A DNA stretch of 63,610 nucleotides, filler included, from Octopus bimaculoides (lineage: Eukaryota): assembly GCF_001194135.2 (NCBI RefSeq). It is 4 parts of 4 records of this genome, joined end to end, with 100 filler letters (N's around TTAATTAATTAA, not from the genome) between each part and the next. Parts side by side here need not be neighbours in the genome. Positions count along the whole stretch, not along the records: positions 20,704 to 43,180 come from NC_068990.1; positions 43,281 to 61,112 come from NC_068986.1; 2 more parts are not named here. The stretch is one strand, 5' to 3'. The translations under genes and the position numbers were made by a program. This document shows, piece after piece, positions 39,781-52,211 of this stretch. Under the pieces are notes generated by a model. It had not been told where the DNA came from, did no database searches, and saw nothing but the letters and a program-made list of their open reading frames with translations. The stretch's first letter is position 1, and each line of letters starts with the position of its first letter.

Positions 39781-39870
39781 GGCGGCGAGATGGTAGAATC
39801 GTTAGCATGCCGGGCAAAATTGATTTCGAAGTAATTTCATCCATTATCCTTGTGCCAAAATCTGAAACCG
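39781..39870 (+). mobile_element. Internally deleted SINE family B (head fused to tail)
   Basis: GGCGGCGAGATGGTAGAATCGTTAGCATGCCGGGCAAAA joined to CCTTGTGCCAAAATCTGAAACC. Confidence 0.6.
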
Positions 39871-41390
39871 TTATTATCCTTTCATCTGATTCACCAACTT
39901 TTGGTAACAACGCTGCAATTGTCAATCTTGTTTATTAAACTTTCTCTCGCTTATCTCCATAATTTTCCCGACGAGTGGCTGTTATTTTACACCATGTATT
40001 TAATTTTACACAGTGGAAGTATAAAATAAATGTCATGCACGTGAACTCTAGCGGTGAAATAGGCGAAAGTAAAGGGTATGCTTCCGTAGATGTACTGAGT
40101 TATATGCCTTAGATCACATTGCACCAGAACAGATGGATATAGTATAATAATGGTGGTATCCTACTCCAAGATGATATTGTATAGTTTGTGTTCATCATGG
40201 TGATTATCGACAGCAGATAGTTCTCACTAACAGTATTTCAAAACAATGTAGGAATTATAGCAAAACATACATGGATAAAATCTCAGACATCCGACCATAG
40301 TAAAGACACCCATACCTATGTAAAGAAGGAGAAGGAAAGATGGAAAACATGTAGATTAATGAAAGTAACTAAACATTTCATGATAGAAACACTTCAAATA
40401 TGAAAATTCTCACGTACAGTTTTATTCACACATACCGGCAAACACTCTCATACATCTAAACACACATACACTGTCACACTTACATATCAACATCTTAAGA
40501 GAGATAGTTAACGTCTGTGTGAATATGATTGACTTTATGCGTCGTTGTATTAATATGCGTATGTAGTTACTGGTATGTATTAATGTTAATGTGTTTATGT
40601 ATATGTTTCTGAATATATACATGAATATATGTAAATGTACGTATCTTTGCATCTATCTATATAAGGATATGTGGGTGTGAGCTTGCTTCGAGCAAAACAT
40701 CTGTTGTGTATTAGATTAGATTCTGACTTTCTTTAACAATACTGAACTACGCTGAGGTGGTTCTCATTGCTTGTTATATTTTGGATATTATATATATATA
40801 TANNNNNNNNNNGCGTATATATGCATACATATAGCCATACAATTTACTTTCTTGTCTGTAAAATGTGTGTAATATATATATATATATATATATACGCATG
40901 TGTGTGTATAATAATGATCATATTTATACTTGCATATATATATATATATATATGTATCTAGGCATAAAATTGTTATATATCAAAGCGTAATTATTTAATT
41001 AATACTACATTACATGAACGGCTGTGAGTGTTGGTGTTTGTAGTTTTCAATCTGCATGTATATGTATGTATATGTATGTGTCTATATATGAAATATATTG
41101 ATAAATGTATTTGTTTTCCTATTAAAATTACGACTGTCTCGCTTCGTGTTTTTTTTTTTTTTTGCGTTTCTGCAAAAGCGTATGTCCGTGTCTTAGAGTG
41201 TGTATGTATGTGCCTGTGTATGCCTTTTCTCTCAACATTCAAAAGCCCACAAAAAATCGACTTATGTGTGATTGGATTTGAATTACACAAATACAGAGAC
41301 GAAACTGAGGCTCTGTAAATCTTTATGTATAATGGTATTAATTTTGTCTAGAATTACAATTCACATTATTTCTAAAATATTTCAACAGAA

Positions 41391-41604
41391 AGGCAGCGAG
41401 CTGGCAGAAACGTTAGCACGCCGGGCGAAATGCTTAGCGATATTTCGTCTGTCATTACGTTCTGAGTTCAAATTCCTGCGAGGTCGAATTTGCATTTCAT
41501 CCTTTCGGGGTCGATGAATTGAGAACCAGTTGCGTAATGGGGCTCGATCTAATCGACTGGTAACCTCCCCTAAAATTTCGGGCCTTGTGCCTAGTGTAGA
41601 AAAG
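41391..41604 (+). mobile_element. SINE family B, full length, with 14-bp target-site duplication
   Basis: TSD AATATTTCAACAGA at 41376-41389 and 41605-41618; B-box-like GAGTTCAAATTCC. Confidence 0.9.
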
Positions 41605-41844
41605 AATATTTCAACAGAGCAAAGCGTTTACCACATGTTACATAAAATATAGGTACTATAATCTGAGAAAACAATCTTATTACGGTTTGACTAATCAGCT
41701 TGAGGACCACTGTGGGTGTGGCTGTTTGATCGAAGTTCCTTTCACTTTCGATCATATACTATATCATCCGTCTAATAATAATAATAATATTAATGATGAT
41801 GATGATGATAATAACAAAAACAATGAAAATAATGATTTCTCTCG

Positions 41845-42045
41845 AGTTTTAGCGCAAGGCCAGTAACTTCGGAAGTGGGGCAAGTCGATAACATCGATCC
41901 TAGCATTCAACTGGTAGTACTTATTTTATTGAACTCGAAGAACGAAAGGCAAATTCCTCCTCGGCGGAATTTGAAATCAGAACGTAAACACACACGAAAT
42001 ACAACTAAGTACTTTACTTGGTTTGCTATCGATTCTGCCAGGTCA
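41845..42045 (-). mobile_element. SINE family B, older diverged copy
   Basis: Reverse-complement similarity to 41391-41604. Confidence 0.7.
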
Positions 42046-42084
42046 CCAATAATAATAATAATAATAATAACAATAATGATGATG

Positions 42085-42116
<32 letters not shown>

Positions 42117-42515
42117 TTTATTTAGGTCAATGTCATTTAGGTCAGCTACAAACCTGTGACACTTAGCAATTCAGACTCTGTGAGGAGAATGTGGAAAAAG
42201 TAACCCACTAGCCAAATGGATGTGACTGTCTTGCGCTAAATGAGTAGCAGCGTCATCGTGATAGAATCTGTTTGTACCTTCATCGCCCTTGTGTCATGAT
42301 TACTAATACAAAGTAATGGCGAATTAGTGTGAGCATGTAACTTGTAAAGTAAATGAAGAGTGTGATAAGCAGTGATATTCTGAGAATACACACACACACA
42401 TGCACGTATATATTTATACATATATTTATATATGTATGGGTGTGTATTAATCTTTCGAATCTAGATAACGATATACACATACTCAATGTTGTGTATGATG
42501 TATATGTGTAGCTAT

Positions 42516-42550
<35 letters not shown>

Positions 42551-43319
42551 CGTATAAGTGATTGCGCTCGCGCATGTGCGTGCCTCTGTGTGTGTATGTG
42601 TGTGTGTGCCCGTGCTTGTGTTTAACTGATCAATACTACATACATCAAAAGTGTTCTCTATATTGCGTTGAAGGATTGACATTTTCAAGCACTACAGAAA
42701 GCAGTGCCATTTGAAGTGAGAAGGAGAAGCTATCGCAGAAACAAGTTGATTAAAGTAACACTTATCAGGATTTGTGTATAGAAGAACTAAATAGATGCTA
42801 AAGATACAACAGAGTTACTTGTCCGTTCTCATATGACAAAACGATGGTTAATTTGATCGCTGCAAACAACACTTGATTTATTTATCTTTGACCGAGAAAC
42901 AAATAGGACAGATTCTTCCAAAGAATTTAGAAAACCAGAATATTTATATATTTGAACCGACATTGATAACATCGTTCTTACACGACTGAATGAATGCCTA
43001 CATTTGCCAAGAACACTTAAACGTGGTAGACAAAGGAATGACAAAATATCGTGATTATTCGAAAGGTCAGTTTCTATAGAATTAAGACGGCAGAAGGAAG
43101 CATCAAGGAAAAGAAAAATTTTCAAATATCACGCTATTTCATTTTAAGCTTTGTATATACATGACTTATGAATATATATANNNNNNNNNNNNNNNNNNNN
43201 NNNNNNNNNNNNNNNNNNNNNNNNTTAATTAATTAANNNNNNNNNNNNNNNNNNNNNNNNNNNNNNNNNNNNNNNNNNNNTATATATATATATATTTATG
43301 GGAGAATTTACGAAAAAAA

Positions 43320-43870
43320 AACAACAGACAAAGATGGGTGGTGTAAACAACAAATGGATGTATTAGTATAACGCTCAGGAATAGAGAAAGTCTTTGACGT
43401 TTCGAGCCTACGCTCTTCAACTGAAAGGAACACAGAAAGAAACAAGGAGAGAAACCAGGAGAAAAAAATATAAATGTAGTGGTCAGTGATCTATCATGGC
43501 AAATGCCAGACAGAAGGATCACACAGGAGAGCTAAGAAAAAGGGGAGATAAGAAGTGGTGAACCCAAGACAAGAAGGTGTGCGTGTGTGAGAGAATACTG
43601 GTGATCTTAACGTATGCATATGTGTATGTAGGTGTGAAAATGTGGGGAAGAGAATTGGTCAGTGCTAGTGTGTGCATGGTGGTGTGTTGTGAAGTGATGT
43701 TTTGTGTGATATGGTGTAGCATGGTCTGATGTGAGGGTATTGGGAGGTGGGGGAGGTGAGAGTAGGGAGAGCATGGGTGAAGTGTGGGTTAGGCTGAGGG
43801 TGGGGGTAGAGGTAGGGGTATGTGGGTGGGCAGAGGTTGGTGTGGGTGTAAAGGATGGGATGGGGTGGNN
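43320..43870 (-). mobile_element. Penelope-type terminal repeat / 3' region with degenerate hammerhead-like motif (43391-43428)
   Basis: Similar to 5310-5470; minus strand CTTT-CAGTTGA-A-GAGCGTAGGCTC-GAAAC-GTC-AAAG. Confidence 0.6.
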
Positions 43871-44146
43871 NNNNNNNNNNNNNNNNNNNNNNNNNNNNNN
43901 NNNNNNNNNNNNNNNNNNNNNNNNNNNNNNNNNNNNNNNNNNNNNNNNNNNNNNNNNNNNNNNNNNNNNNNNNNNNNNNNNNNNNNNNNNNNNNNNNNNN
44001 NNNNNNNNNNNNNNNNNNNNNNNNNNNCGGAGCAGGAGAGGAGAGGTGGGTGAGTGGAAGTAGGAGGGAGGGCGGAGGGGGGAGAGAGAGGCAAGGGGAG
44101 GGGGTTATGCATATATATATATATACACACATATATATATATATAT

Positions 44147-44177
<31 letters not shown>

Positions 44178-44299
44178 CCTACTTAAAACAATGCAATATT
44201 GCATTCACAAATTTTGGTGACATCACTGATACTAATAGCTTACTTTTTATCTAATTGAGGTGATAGCTCTGGCAAGATGACATAACCTTTGATACTCAC

Positions 44300-44557
44300 C
44301 TGATTTCAGAGACAGCCCAATCCAAATGCTACTTGAAGGGAGAAGGGCTAATGATATTCTAGTATCCTTGACTGACATAATATCATCTGCTGAATGAAGA
44401 CTTGTAAGAGTAGCTCCAATTTGTGCGCAAACATAATTAGCATCAGGCCATGATCGCAAAGTGTTCTTAACAAGGTAACATTTGTCCTTGATATGGATCC
44501 AATCCTCAGGACATTTTCCTGTCTGAGTTGGAGTTCCTGCAACCTTTGGTGGCTTCT
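44300..44557 (-). CDS. Multi-CTLD lectin gene, exon E (first half of a C-type lectin domain)
   Basis: Acceptor TTACAG, donor GTGAGT, phase 1/1, 258 nt; (E)KPPKVAGTPTQTGKCPEDWIHIKDKCYLVKNTLRSWPDANYVCAQIGATLTSLHS...IWIGLSLKS(G). Confidence 0.92.
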
Positions 44558-45622
44558 CTGTAATTGAAATATACTGAATTGTATTTCATATAATAATGAA
44601 GCAGTTGATGAAATAGTGGAATAGAAACTCATGAAATTAAAGCAAAAATAATATACCATTGTTTAAACACCAAAGAGAAGAACCTTGTCTCCACTTGGTA
44701 AAATAAAGTGCTTCTGTTAATGCTTTTATTGTTTTAATTCTGGGAATTATATCTGTTGTAGTTGTTTAGCCCAAGGTCAGTTCTCACTGAGCATATCTAT
44801 GATCAAGGGCATTTTAGCTATAACCATCTGTAGAATCTTTAATTTGTCTTTTTCAAGATGGTAGGGTGCATTTTTTGAGTGAAATTTGGCAATTTCCCAT
44901 ACTGGCTTTTGGAATTATTAAAAAGAAAAACCAAATAAGATAACAAAAAACTCATTCTGAGCAATCACTAACCCTCCTAGAAGCAGCAGTGAAATCTCCT
45001 TCAATTCATACCTTACTGTCTTAAAAACAGAAAGATATATTGGATACTGTAGTCCTAGAAATACTATGTTTGAATAAATATAAAATATGATGAGACCATC
45101 ACGAATAGAATGATTCTGTTCATAGGTCTGATAAAAACAACAACAAAACCTAAAATTTATTACATCCATGTATTTGTTTCGCAAAATTCCTGTTGTGAAA
45201 TTATGTGGTGAAACAGATATTGTTATATTTGGGGATGGTCGTATTTTTGCCAACTGAATACACACACTATATACTTGGTTTTCACTTCAGCTTTATCATT
45301 ATTATTATTATTATTATTATTATTTTAGCGTCCTTTGTCTGAGCTCTTTCATCACACATCTTGTGACCTCTTCAGTAACACTTTATCCCACATGTCTCCT
45401 CTTCTTCTATTTAGTCCATACTGTCTTTCTGTGGTAGGTATCCTTATCTGTGCATGCATTTGTATGTGTGTGTGTGTGTGTGTGTGTGTTCATAGCTGTG
45501 TGTGTGTATCTATGTTTACTATGTGTGTATATATATGAGTTTGTTTATTATACTGTTTGTACCCATGTCAATTATTTTGCTATTTTTTATTTGCTTATTT
45601 ACTAATTAATTAATTATCATAC

Positions 45623-45779
45623 CACTTGTAATTTTGCATATAAAAGGGTATTCTTTATTGCAGTCAACCATGTTCCACACATCTTGAGCTTGATATAAAC
45701 CACATTCATCTTCATCTGTCATTATCACTGGCCATCGTGTGTATCGCATTGGCCAGGAATCTGACCAAACCATTTGTTT
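45623..45779 (-). CDS. Multi-CTLD lectin gene, exon D (second half of a CTLD)
   Basis: Acceptor TTTACAG, donor GTATGA, phase 0/1, 157 nt; KQMVWSDSWPMRYTRW...ECGLYQAQDVWNMVDCNKEYPFICKITS. Confidence 0.92.
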
Positions 45780-45934
45780 CTGTAAAGATGAAGAAAGAAA
45801 AATAAAAAAAATGTTATTAAATTCAATATAAAAATCTAATATCAATATAATGCACAACATTACTACAAGGACTCAGAGTTTGAGAGGGGCATGACATAGC
45901 CAGCTAAAGTGACTCCAGTTCTCCTTTTCTTTTA

Positions 45935-46332
45935 CTTCTTTCAATCACTGGACTGTGACCACACTAGGGCACTACCTTGAAGGGTTTAGTTGAACAAATC
46001 AACCCCAGGACTTGTTTTTAGGTAACTGGTATTCATTCTGTCAGTTTCTTTTGCTGAACCACCAAGTTACATGGGCATAAACAAACCAACGCTGGTTGCC
46101 AAATGCTAGTGGTAACAAAAATACAAGCAAAAGACACATACACACATGCACACGCACACACGTGCACTTATGATAGGCTTCTTGCAGTCTCTGCATACCA
46201 AATCCACTCACAAAGCTTTAATCAGCCCAAGGCTAGAGTAGAAGACACTTGTCCAATGTGCCATACAATGAGACTGAACTCAGGGCCACATAGCCGGGAA
46301 GCAAGCTTCTTATCCACGCAGCCATACCTGCA
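45935..46332 (-). mobile_element. tRNA-derived SINE, family D, full length with internal CA-rich tract
   Basis: Minus head GGTATGGCTGCGTGGATAAGAAGCTTGCTTCC..GAGTTCAG; central GGACAAGTGTCTTCTACT.TAGCC; matches 59622-59962. Confidence 0.78.
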
Positions 46333-46559
46333 CCTGGACCCTTGGAAACATTATTTTGTTAATTCTCAGAAGGATGAAAACTAAGTCATCTACCGTAAGA
46401 TTTGAATTTAGAATGTAAAGGAATTGAACTGAATACTGCAGAGCATTTTATCCAGTGCTCAACAGTTTCTGCTATTCTACTGCCATTTGTGGAAGATTTG
46501 GCAGCTATTTCTGAGTAATTTATTTGTACAATGAGATGAAATGGTGAAGCATGGTTTTT

Positions 46560-46760
46560 AGATGTTGAGTCTCATGGAGGTGATGACAAGTGACACATAA
46601 TAGGTCCTCACCACACTCTTGGAGTGGTTGGCGTTAAGAGCATCCAGTTATAGATACCGAGCCAACTCAGACTGCAGCCTAGTACAGCTCTCCTGTTTAC
46701 CAATCCCAGTCAAACCATCTAACCCATGCAAGCATGGAAAACAGACACTAAACGATGAGA
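46560..46760 (+). mobile_element. RTE 3'-tail copy with hairpin array deleted
   Basis: GAGTCTCATGGAGG start shared with 46940; tail AACCCATGCAAGCATGGAAAACAGAC. Confidence 0.7.
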
Positions 46761-46939
46761 TACTTTTAACTTTAACCAATAATTTACTAAATTAAATGAG
46801 TTGAGCCTATTCACTAGACAATGTGTAATGTATTCAATTATGTTTGTATAAACATATTGGAACCTGTAGTTAAATGAAGGCTAATATATTTGATGTAGAG
46901 AACACAAAATAATTTTAAATCATTTAAAATTTCACCTGT

Positions 46940-47385
46940 TGAGTCTCATGGAGGTAATGACAAGCAGCCGAGACTTTTGGTGACCTGATGTGCTTGAGAG
47001 ATGTCAAGCTAAATGAAATCTTAGTCATGACCAGTGTTGGTGACACACGAAAGGCATCCATGCTGGTGACTTGTATGAAGCACCCGTGCCAATGACACAT
47101 AGAAGGTACCCATGCCAGTAACATGTGAAAGGGCACCCGTACTAGTGATATGTAAAAGGCACCCATGCTGGTGACCTGTTAAATAGCACCTATGCCAGTG
47201 AAACATAAATGTAACCTAGTACGCTCTATGGAGTGGTTGGCATTAGGAAGGGCATCTGGCTGTAGAAACCAGGGCAAAACAGACTGGAGCGTGGTATTGC
47301 TCCCTGGCTTACAAATTTCATTCAAACCATCTAATCCATGCCAGCATAGAAAATAGACACCAAATGATGATGATGACGATGACCT
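46940..47385 (+). mobile_element. RTE-tail-related repeat with about 8 short (about 23-nt) units
   Basis: Units resembling CACCCGTGCCAGTGACACGTAAAAGG followed by the same TTAGGAAGGGCATC..CCATGCCAGCAT..GATGATGAT tail. Confidence 0.72.
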
Positions 47386-47891
47386 GTAATGAAAAGATAA
47401 CTCATAAGCATTAATGATAATTCTTGTCAAATAAGACAACGGAAAGAACTCTAAAATTCAAATTAATTAAAAATTAGATGGAAATAAGCAGCAGTGTATG
47501 TGCAGGTAGGAGCAGGGTAGTTGCAGTTGATCTTAGAGGTTATAGTAATAATTCTAAACATGTTTCAGGCTTATTTGACCTCCTCAGTAGTGCATAAATA
47601 TTGCTGAATCACCCCTCCCTGCCACCAATGCTTGCCACTATAACTACTACAATCACCATCATCATCACTTTCATCTTATGTCCATTTTCCATGCTTGAAT
47701 AAGTTGAACAGATCTGTTCCAGCACAATGTCTGCCATTTCTTACAACTCCTGGCTACCTTCCTTGTGAGGTTCAACATCCAAAACTCAGCTTTCAACACT
47801 GACACATACATAGAAATAAAGAAATAAATTACAAAAGAACAAAAAAGTTGCTGCCAAGTGTACTGAAAATGGAAACAAGAAACAAACTTAC

Positions 47892-48133
47892 ACCACGTTT
47901 CCGAGCTCCAATCCAAAATTCCTCTTGGATATCTTTACCCATCAGTCTCAGAGCTGCATTTTCAAAGGCATCAGACATTGATGCCACATGCGCTCCTCCA
48001 TCTTTCTGGCAAAAAGCTTCAGCTTCAGTCCAGGTTTTGTTCATTTTTACAACTTTATACTCAGCATTTCCATATTTTTTGTATCCTAATTTTGATACAA
48101 CTTCTGTTTTCTTTACTAGTGGCAAATTGACAT
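47892..48133 (-). CDS. Multi-CTLD lectin gene, exon C (linker plus first half of a CTLD)
   Basis: Acceptor TTATTCAG, donor GTAAGT, phase 1/0, 242 nt; (D)VNLPLVKK...EYKVVKMNKTWTEAEAFCQKDGGAHVASMSDAFENAALRL...FWIGARKRG. Confidence 0.93.
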
Positions 48134-48270
48134 CTGAATAAACAAATAATAAAAGAGGAATAACAAACTAATAATAAGTAAAGCACTGACAATACTCACA
48201 CTGCAACATAGTTTAAGTTAACATGAGAGATAATCACATCAGACAGGCAGACAGATGCAGGATAAGTACA

Positions 48271-48315
<45 letters not shown>

Positions 48316-48529
48316 TATTCAAAAGAATTTCAAGTGTTTTTTATGTTTTATTTATATTCTTATAATATTAATGTAGGATATAGAATATATAGTATATATA
48401 GTAAAATGAAATGAAGTATTGATTGTCTTATTGAATAAATGAAATATTGAATATTAAACATTAAAGGATGAGTATACTTTCTTGCATTTTAGCAGTCTTC
48501 AAGGTCCCATGTGACAGGAATGTTTCAAC

Positions 48530-48609
<80 letters not shown>

Positions 48610-48612
<3 letters not shown>

Positions 48613-49615
48613 CTTGCAAGGAACAAAGCCAGTATGCTCCGCTGGATGTGTAATGTCAGTGTGCATACTCAACAGAGTCTAAGTGCCTTGAGAGAAAAGT
48701 TGGAACTGCGCTGGCATGGTCATGTGGTGTGAATGGGTGAGGATAGCAGTATGAAAAAGTGTCACACCCTAGCGGTTGAGAGAATCTGTGGAAGAGGTAG
48801 ACCCAGGAAGACCTGGGATGAGGTGGTGAAGCACGACCGTCGAACATTAGTCCTCACCGAGGCAAGGTCTTGTAACCGAGACCTTTGGAAATATGCTGTG
48901 CTTGAGAAGACTCGGCAAGCCAAGTGAGACCATAACCTGTGGCCTATGCCAGTGGTGTAACCAGCCCACTTATGCGTACCTTTCTTTCATTGGACACTAA
49001 ACTCTGCTTGTGAAGACCTGTTGAGGCAAGTGAAATCGAAATCAAATTCGATGACAACACCACATGACTGGTATCCGTGCTAGTGGTGTACTAAGAACAC
49101 CATCTGAGCATGATTGTTGCCAGGGCCGCTGACTGGCTCCCGTGCTGGTGGCACATAAAAATCACCATTCGAGCATGATCGTTACCAGCGTCGCCTTACT
49201 GGCACTTGTGCCGGTGGCATGTGAAGAACAACATTTGAGCGAGGTCGTTGCCAGTGCAACTGGACTGGCTCCTGTGCAGGTGACATGTAAAAATCACCAT
49301 TTGAGCGTGGCCATTGCCAGTACTACCTGACTGGCCCTCGTGCCAGTGGCACGTAAAAGCACCCACTACACTCTCAGAGTGGTTGGCGTTAGGAAGGGCA
49401 TCCAGCTGTAGAAACTCTGCCAGNNNNNNNNNNCGTAAAAGCACCCACTACACTCTCAGAGTGGTTGGCGTTAGGAAGGGCATCCAGCTGTAGAAACTCT
49501 GCCAGATCAGATTGGAGCCTGGTGCAGCCATCTGGCTCACCAGTCCTCAGTTAAACCACCCACCCCATGCCAGCATGGAAAGTGGACGTTAAACGATGAT
49601 GATGATGATGATGAT
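48610..49615 (+). mobile_element. 5'-truncated RTE LINE: last codons plus full 3' UTR with about 4.5 hairpin units
   Basis: [16 protein letters not shown]; GRGRPRKTWDEVV; UTR array at 49066-49365; (GAT)n tail. Confidence 0.9.
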
Positions 49616-49696
49616 TAGAGGAAAAAGCAAAACCAAGGCAGAATGAGTATCTCAAGATGTTTAGAATAATTTAATTAAGGTAAGGTGAATTTGAAT

Positions 49697-51865
49697 AGAC
49701 AGCTCCCTGGTAGATAAGCTATCCAAATAGACAGCTCTCTTGTAGATAAGCTATCCAAATAGACAGCTCCCTGGTAGATAAAGCAATTAAGGGTATGAAG
49801 CCAGGAAAACCCTCCGGCCCATCAGGAATCACTGCTGAGATGCTTAAAACATATTTAAAACATCTGATGGTGTGGGCTATGGCCTAGTCACCCGCATTGT
49901 AAACCAGGTAGTTCATGATGGTGTCATACCCAATGACTGGCATAGCAGCACCATAATCAACTGCTACAAGGGTAACGGTGATACTCTAGATAGAAATAAC
50001 TACAGGGGTATCAAACTGCTGGATCAGGTGATGAAGGCATGGAGAGGGTCATAGCCCATCTCATTAGGGAGAGAGTCTGCTTAGATGAGATGCAGTTCGG
50101 TTTTGTGCCAGGTAGAAGGACCACTGATGCCATATTCCTGGTTCGACAACTGCAAGAGAAATACCTTGCTAAAGATAAACCCCTATAATTAGCTTTTGTG
50201 GACTTAGAGAAAGCCTTTGACAGGGTCTCCCGATCCCTTATCTGGTGGGCGATGCGGAAACTAGGGATTGACGGATGGTTAATAAGGGCTGTACAGGCCC
50301 TATACAGAAAGGCCTTATACAGAGTAACGTTAGGATTGGCAAGTGAAGAATTCCGGGTAGAAGTAGGGGTCCATCAAGGTTCAACCCTCAGTCCCCTTTT
50401 ATTCATCATAGTCCTCCAGGCAATAACAGGAATTCAAGATGGGTTGCCCCTGGGAGCTCCTCTAAGCTGATGACCTGGCCCTCAAAGCAGAATCACCACC
50501 AGAACTAGAGAAGAAATTTCAGGTGTAGAAGCAAGGTTTAGAATCAAAAGGCCTTAGAGTCAATGTAGCAAAGACCAAAGTTCTAGTAAGTAGGAAGGTG
50601 AACACATCACACACACCCTCAGGTAGGTGGCCTTGTCTGATCTGTATAAAAGGTGTAAGCTATGGACACATAAGAGGTGCAGCAACATCAAAAGAAGATT
50701 AACTGAGAAGATAGCTTTCGTGTGCGGCAGATGCATAGGGGCGATAAACACCACAGATGCTCAGAAAACAGATTCCATCATACTCCAGGGGGAGAAACTA
50801 GAAGTAGTTGATAGCTTCTGCTACCTAGGTGACCAAGTTAGTAGTTGGGGTGGATGCTCTGAGAGTGTTACCACGAGAATAAGAATAGCCTGGGCAAAAT
50901 TTAGAAAGCTTCTTCCCCTGCTGGGGACAAAAGACCTCTCGCTCAGAGTGAAAGGTAGATTGTACGATGCATATGTGCGAACTGCCATGCTTCACGGCAG
51001 TGAAACATGGGCCGTGACTGTGGAGGACATGCTTAGGCTCGAAAGAAATGAACCTAGCATGATCCACTGGATGTGTGATGTCAGTGTGCACACATGACAG
51101 AGTGTAAGCAACCTGAGAGAAATGTTAGACATAAGAAGCATCAGATGTGGCATGCAAGAGAGACGTTTGTGCTGGTATGGTCATGTACTATGGATGAATG
51201 AGGAGAGCTGTGTAAAGAAGTGCCACTCCCAAACAGTTGAAGGAATCCGGGGTAGAGGTAAGACCCAGGAAGACATGGAATGAGGTGGTCGAGCATGACT
51301 ATCGAATGTTGGGCCTCACAGAGGCAATGACGAAAGACTGAGACCTCTGGAGATATGCTGTGATTGAGAAGACCCAGCAAATAAAGTGAGTTCACGGCTG
51401 TATCGTACACCAGTTTCGCATAACCAGCCCCAGCCCATTCAAAGGTATCTTGGATCGTAGGGTGACCTGCTGTGCTTGAGGAGACCTATTGAGTCAAGTA
51501 CATCAACAACAATATCAAAATCAAATGAAAATTGTAGTTGTGATATCTGTGCCAGTGGCACATAAAAAGCGCCATCCAAACATGGTCGATGCCAGTGCCG
51601 CCTTGACTGGCTTCCGTGCTGGTGGCATATAAAAAGCACCAACTGATCATAGCCGTTGCCAGAATCCTCTAGCCCCTGTACTGGTAGCACGTAAAAAGCA
51701 CCTACTACATTCACAGAGTAGTTGGCATTAGGAAGGGCATCCAGCTGTAGAAACACTGCCTGATCGGACTGGAGCCTGATACAGCCTCCTGGCTTCCCAG
51801 ACCCCAGTTGAACCGTCCAACCCATGCTAGCCTGGAAAACGGACGTTAAATGATGATGATGATTT
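49697..51865 (+). mobile_element. 5'-truncated RTE LINE: RT with PHD-like insert, 3' UTR; frameshifted
   Basis: NYRGIKLL; QFGFVPG; DLEKAFDRV; GVHQGSTLSPLLF; ADDL (codon damaged); CKLWTHKRC..CGRC; FCYLGD; MLHGSETW; tail ending (GAT)n. Confidence 0.93.
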
Positions 51866-52162
51866 CTGGAATAACCCAAGTGGTAGGTTAGCATGTCCAA
51901 GTATTGGGTATTCCATCATTTGATCCCAGAAACGGCTGTAGGAATTCAAATTCACCTTACCCTAATTAGATTATTCTAAATGATTTGAGATACTTGTTCT
52001 GCTTTGATTTCACTTTTTGCTCTTATACCTGCTATAAAGGAATCCTAATACAGATCCCTAGATCCAGCCTCAGCTGTGAACTTGGAACCTAACAGATGAC
52101 CAACTATAGCACTTACTCAGTGTACCTATTTGTTTAGATCACAAGTGAACTAAACCCCTCAT

Positions 52163-52211
<49 letters not shown>

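Noticed and set aside
42829-43125. 98-aa minus-strand ORF as the missing next lectin exon
   Set aside because: No CTLD motifs (WxDG, CV, WND or FIC pattern), and it lies beyond an artificial linker.
49066-49365. CRISPR-like appearance of the repeat arrays
   Set aside because: The whole unit is homologous between copies (no unique spacers), it lies in a LINE 3' UTR, and there are no cas genes in this eukaryotic context.
49364-49505. Apparent 70-bp tandem duplication around a 10-N gap (also 28988-29023)
   Set aside because: Identical sequence on both sides of a short gap is an unmerged contig overlap.
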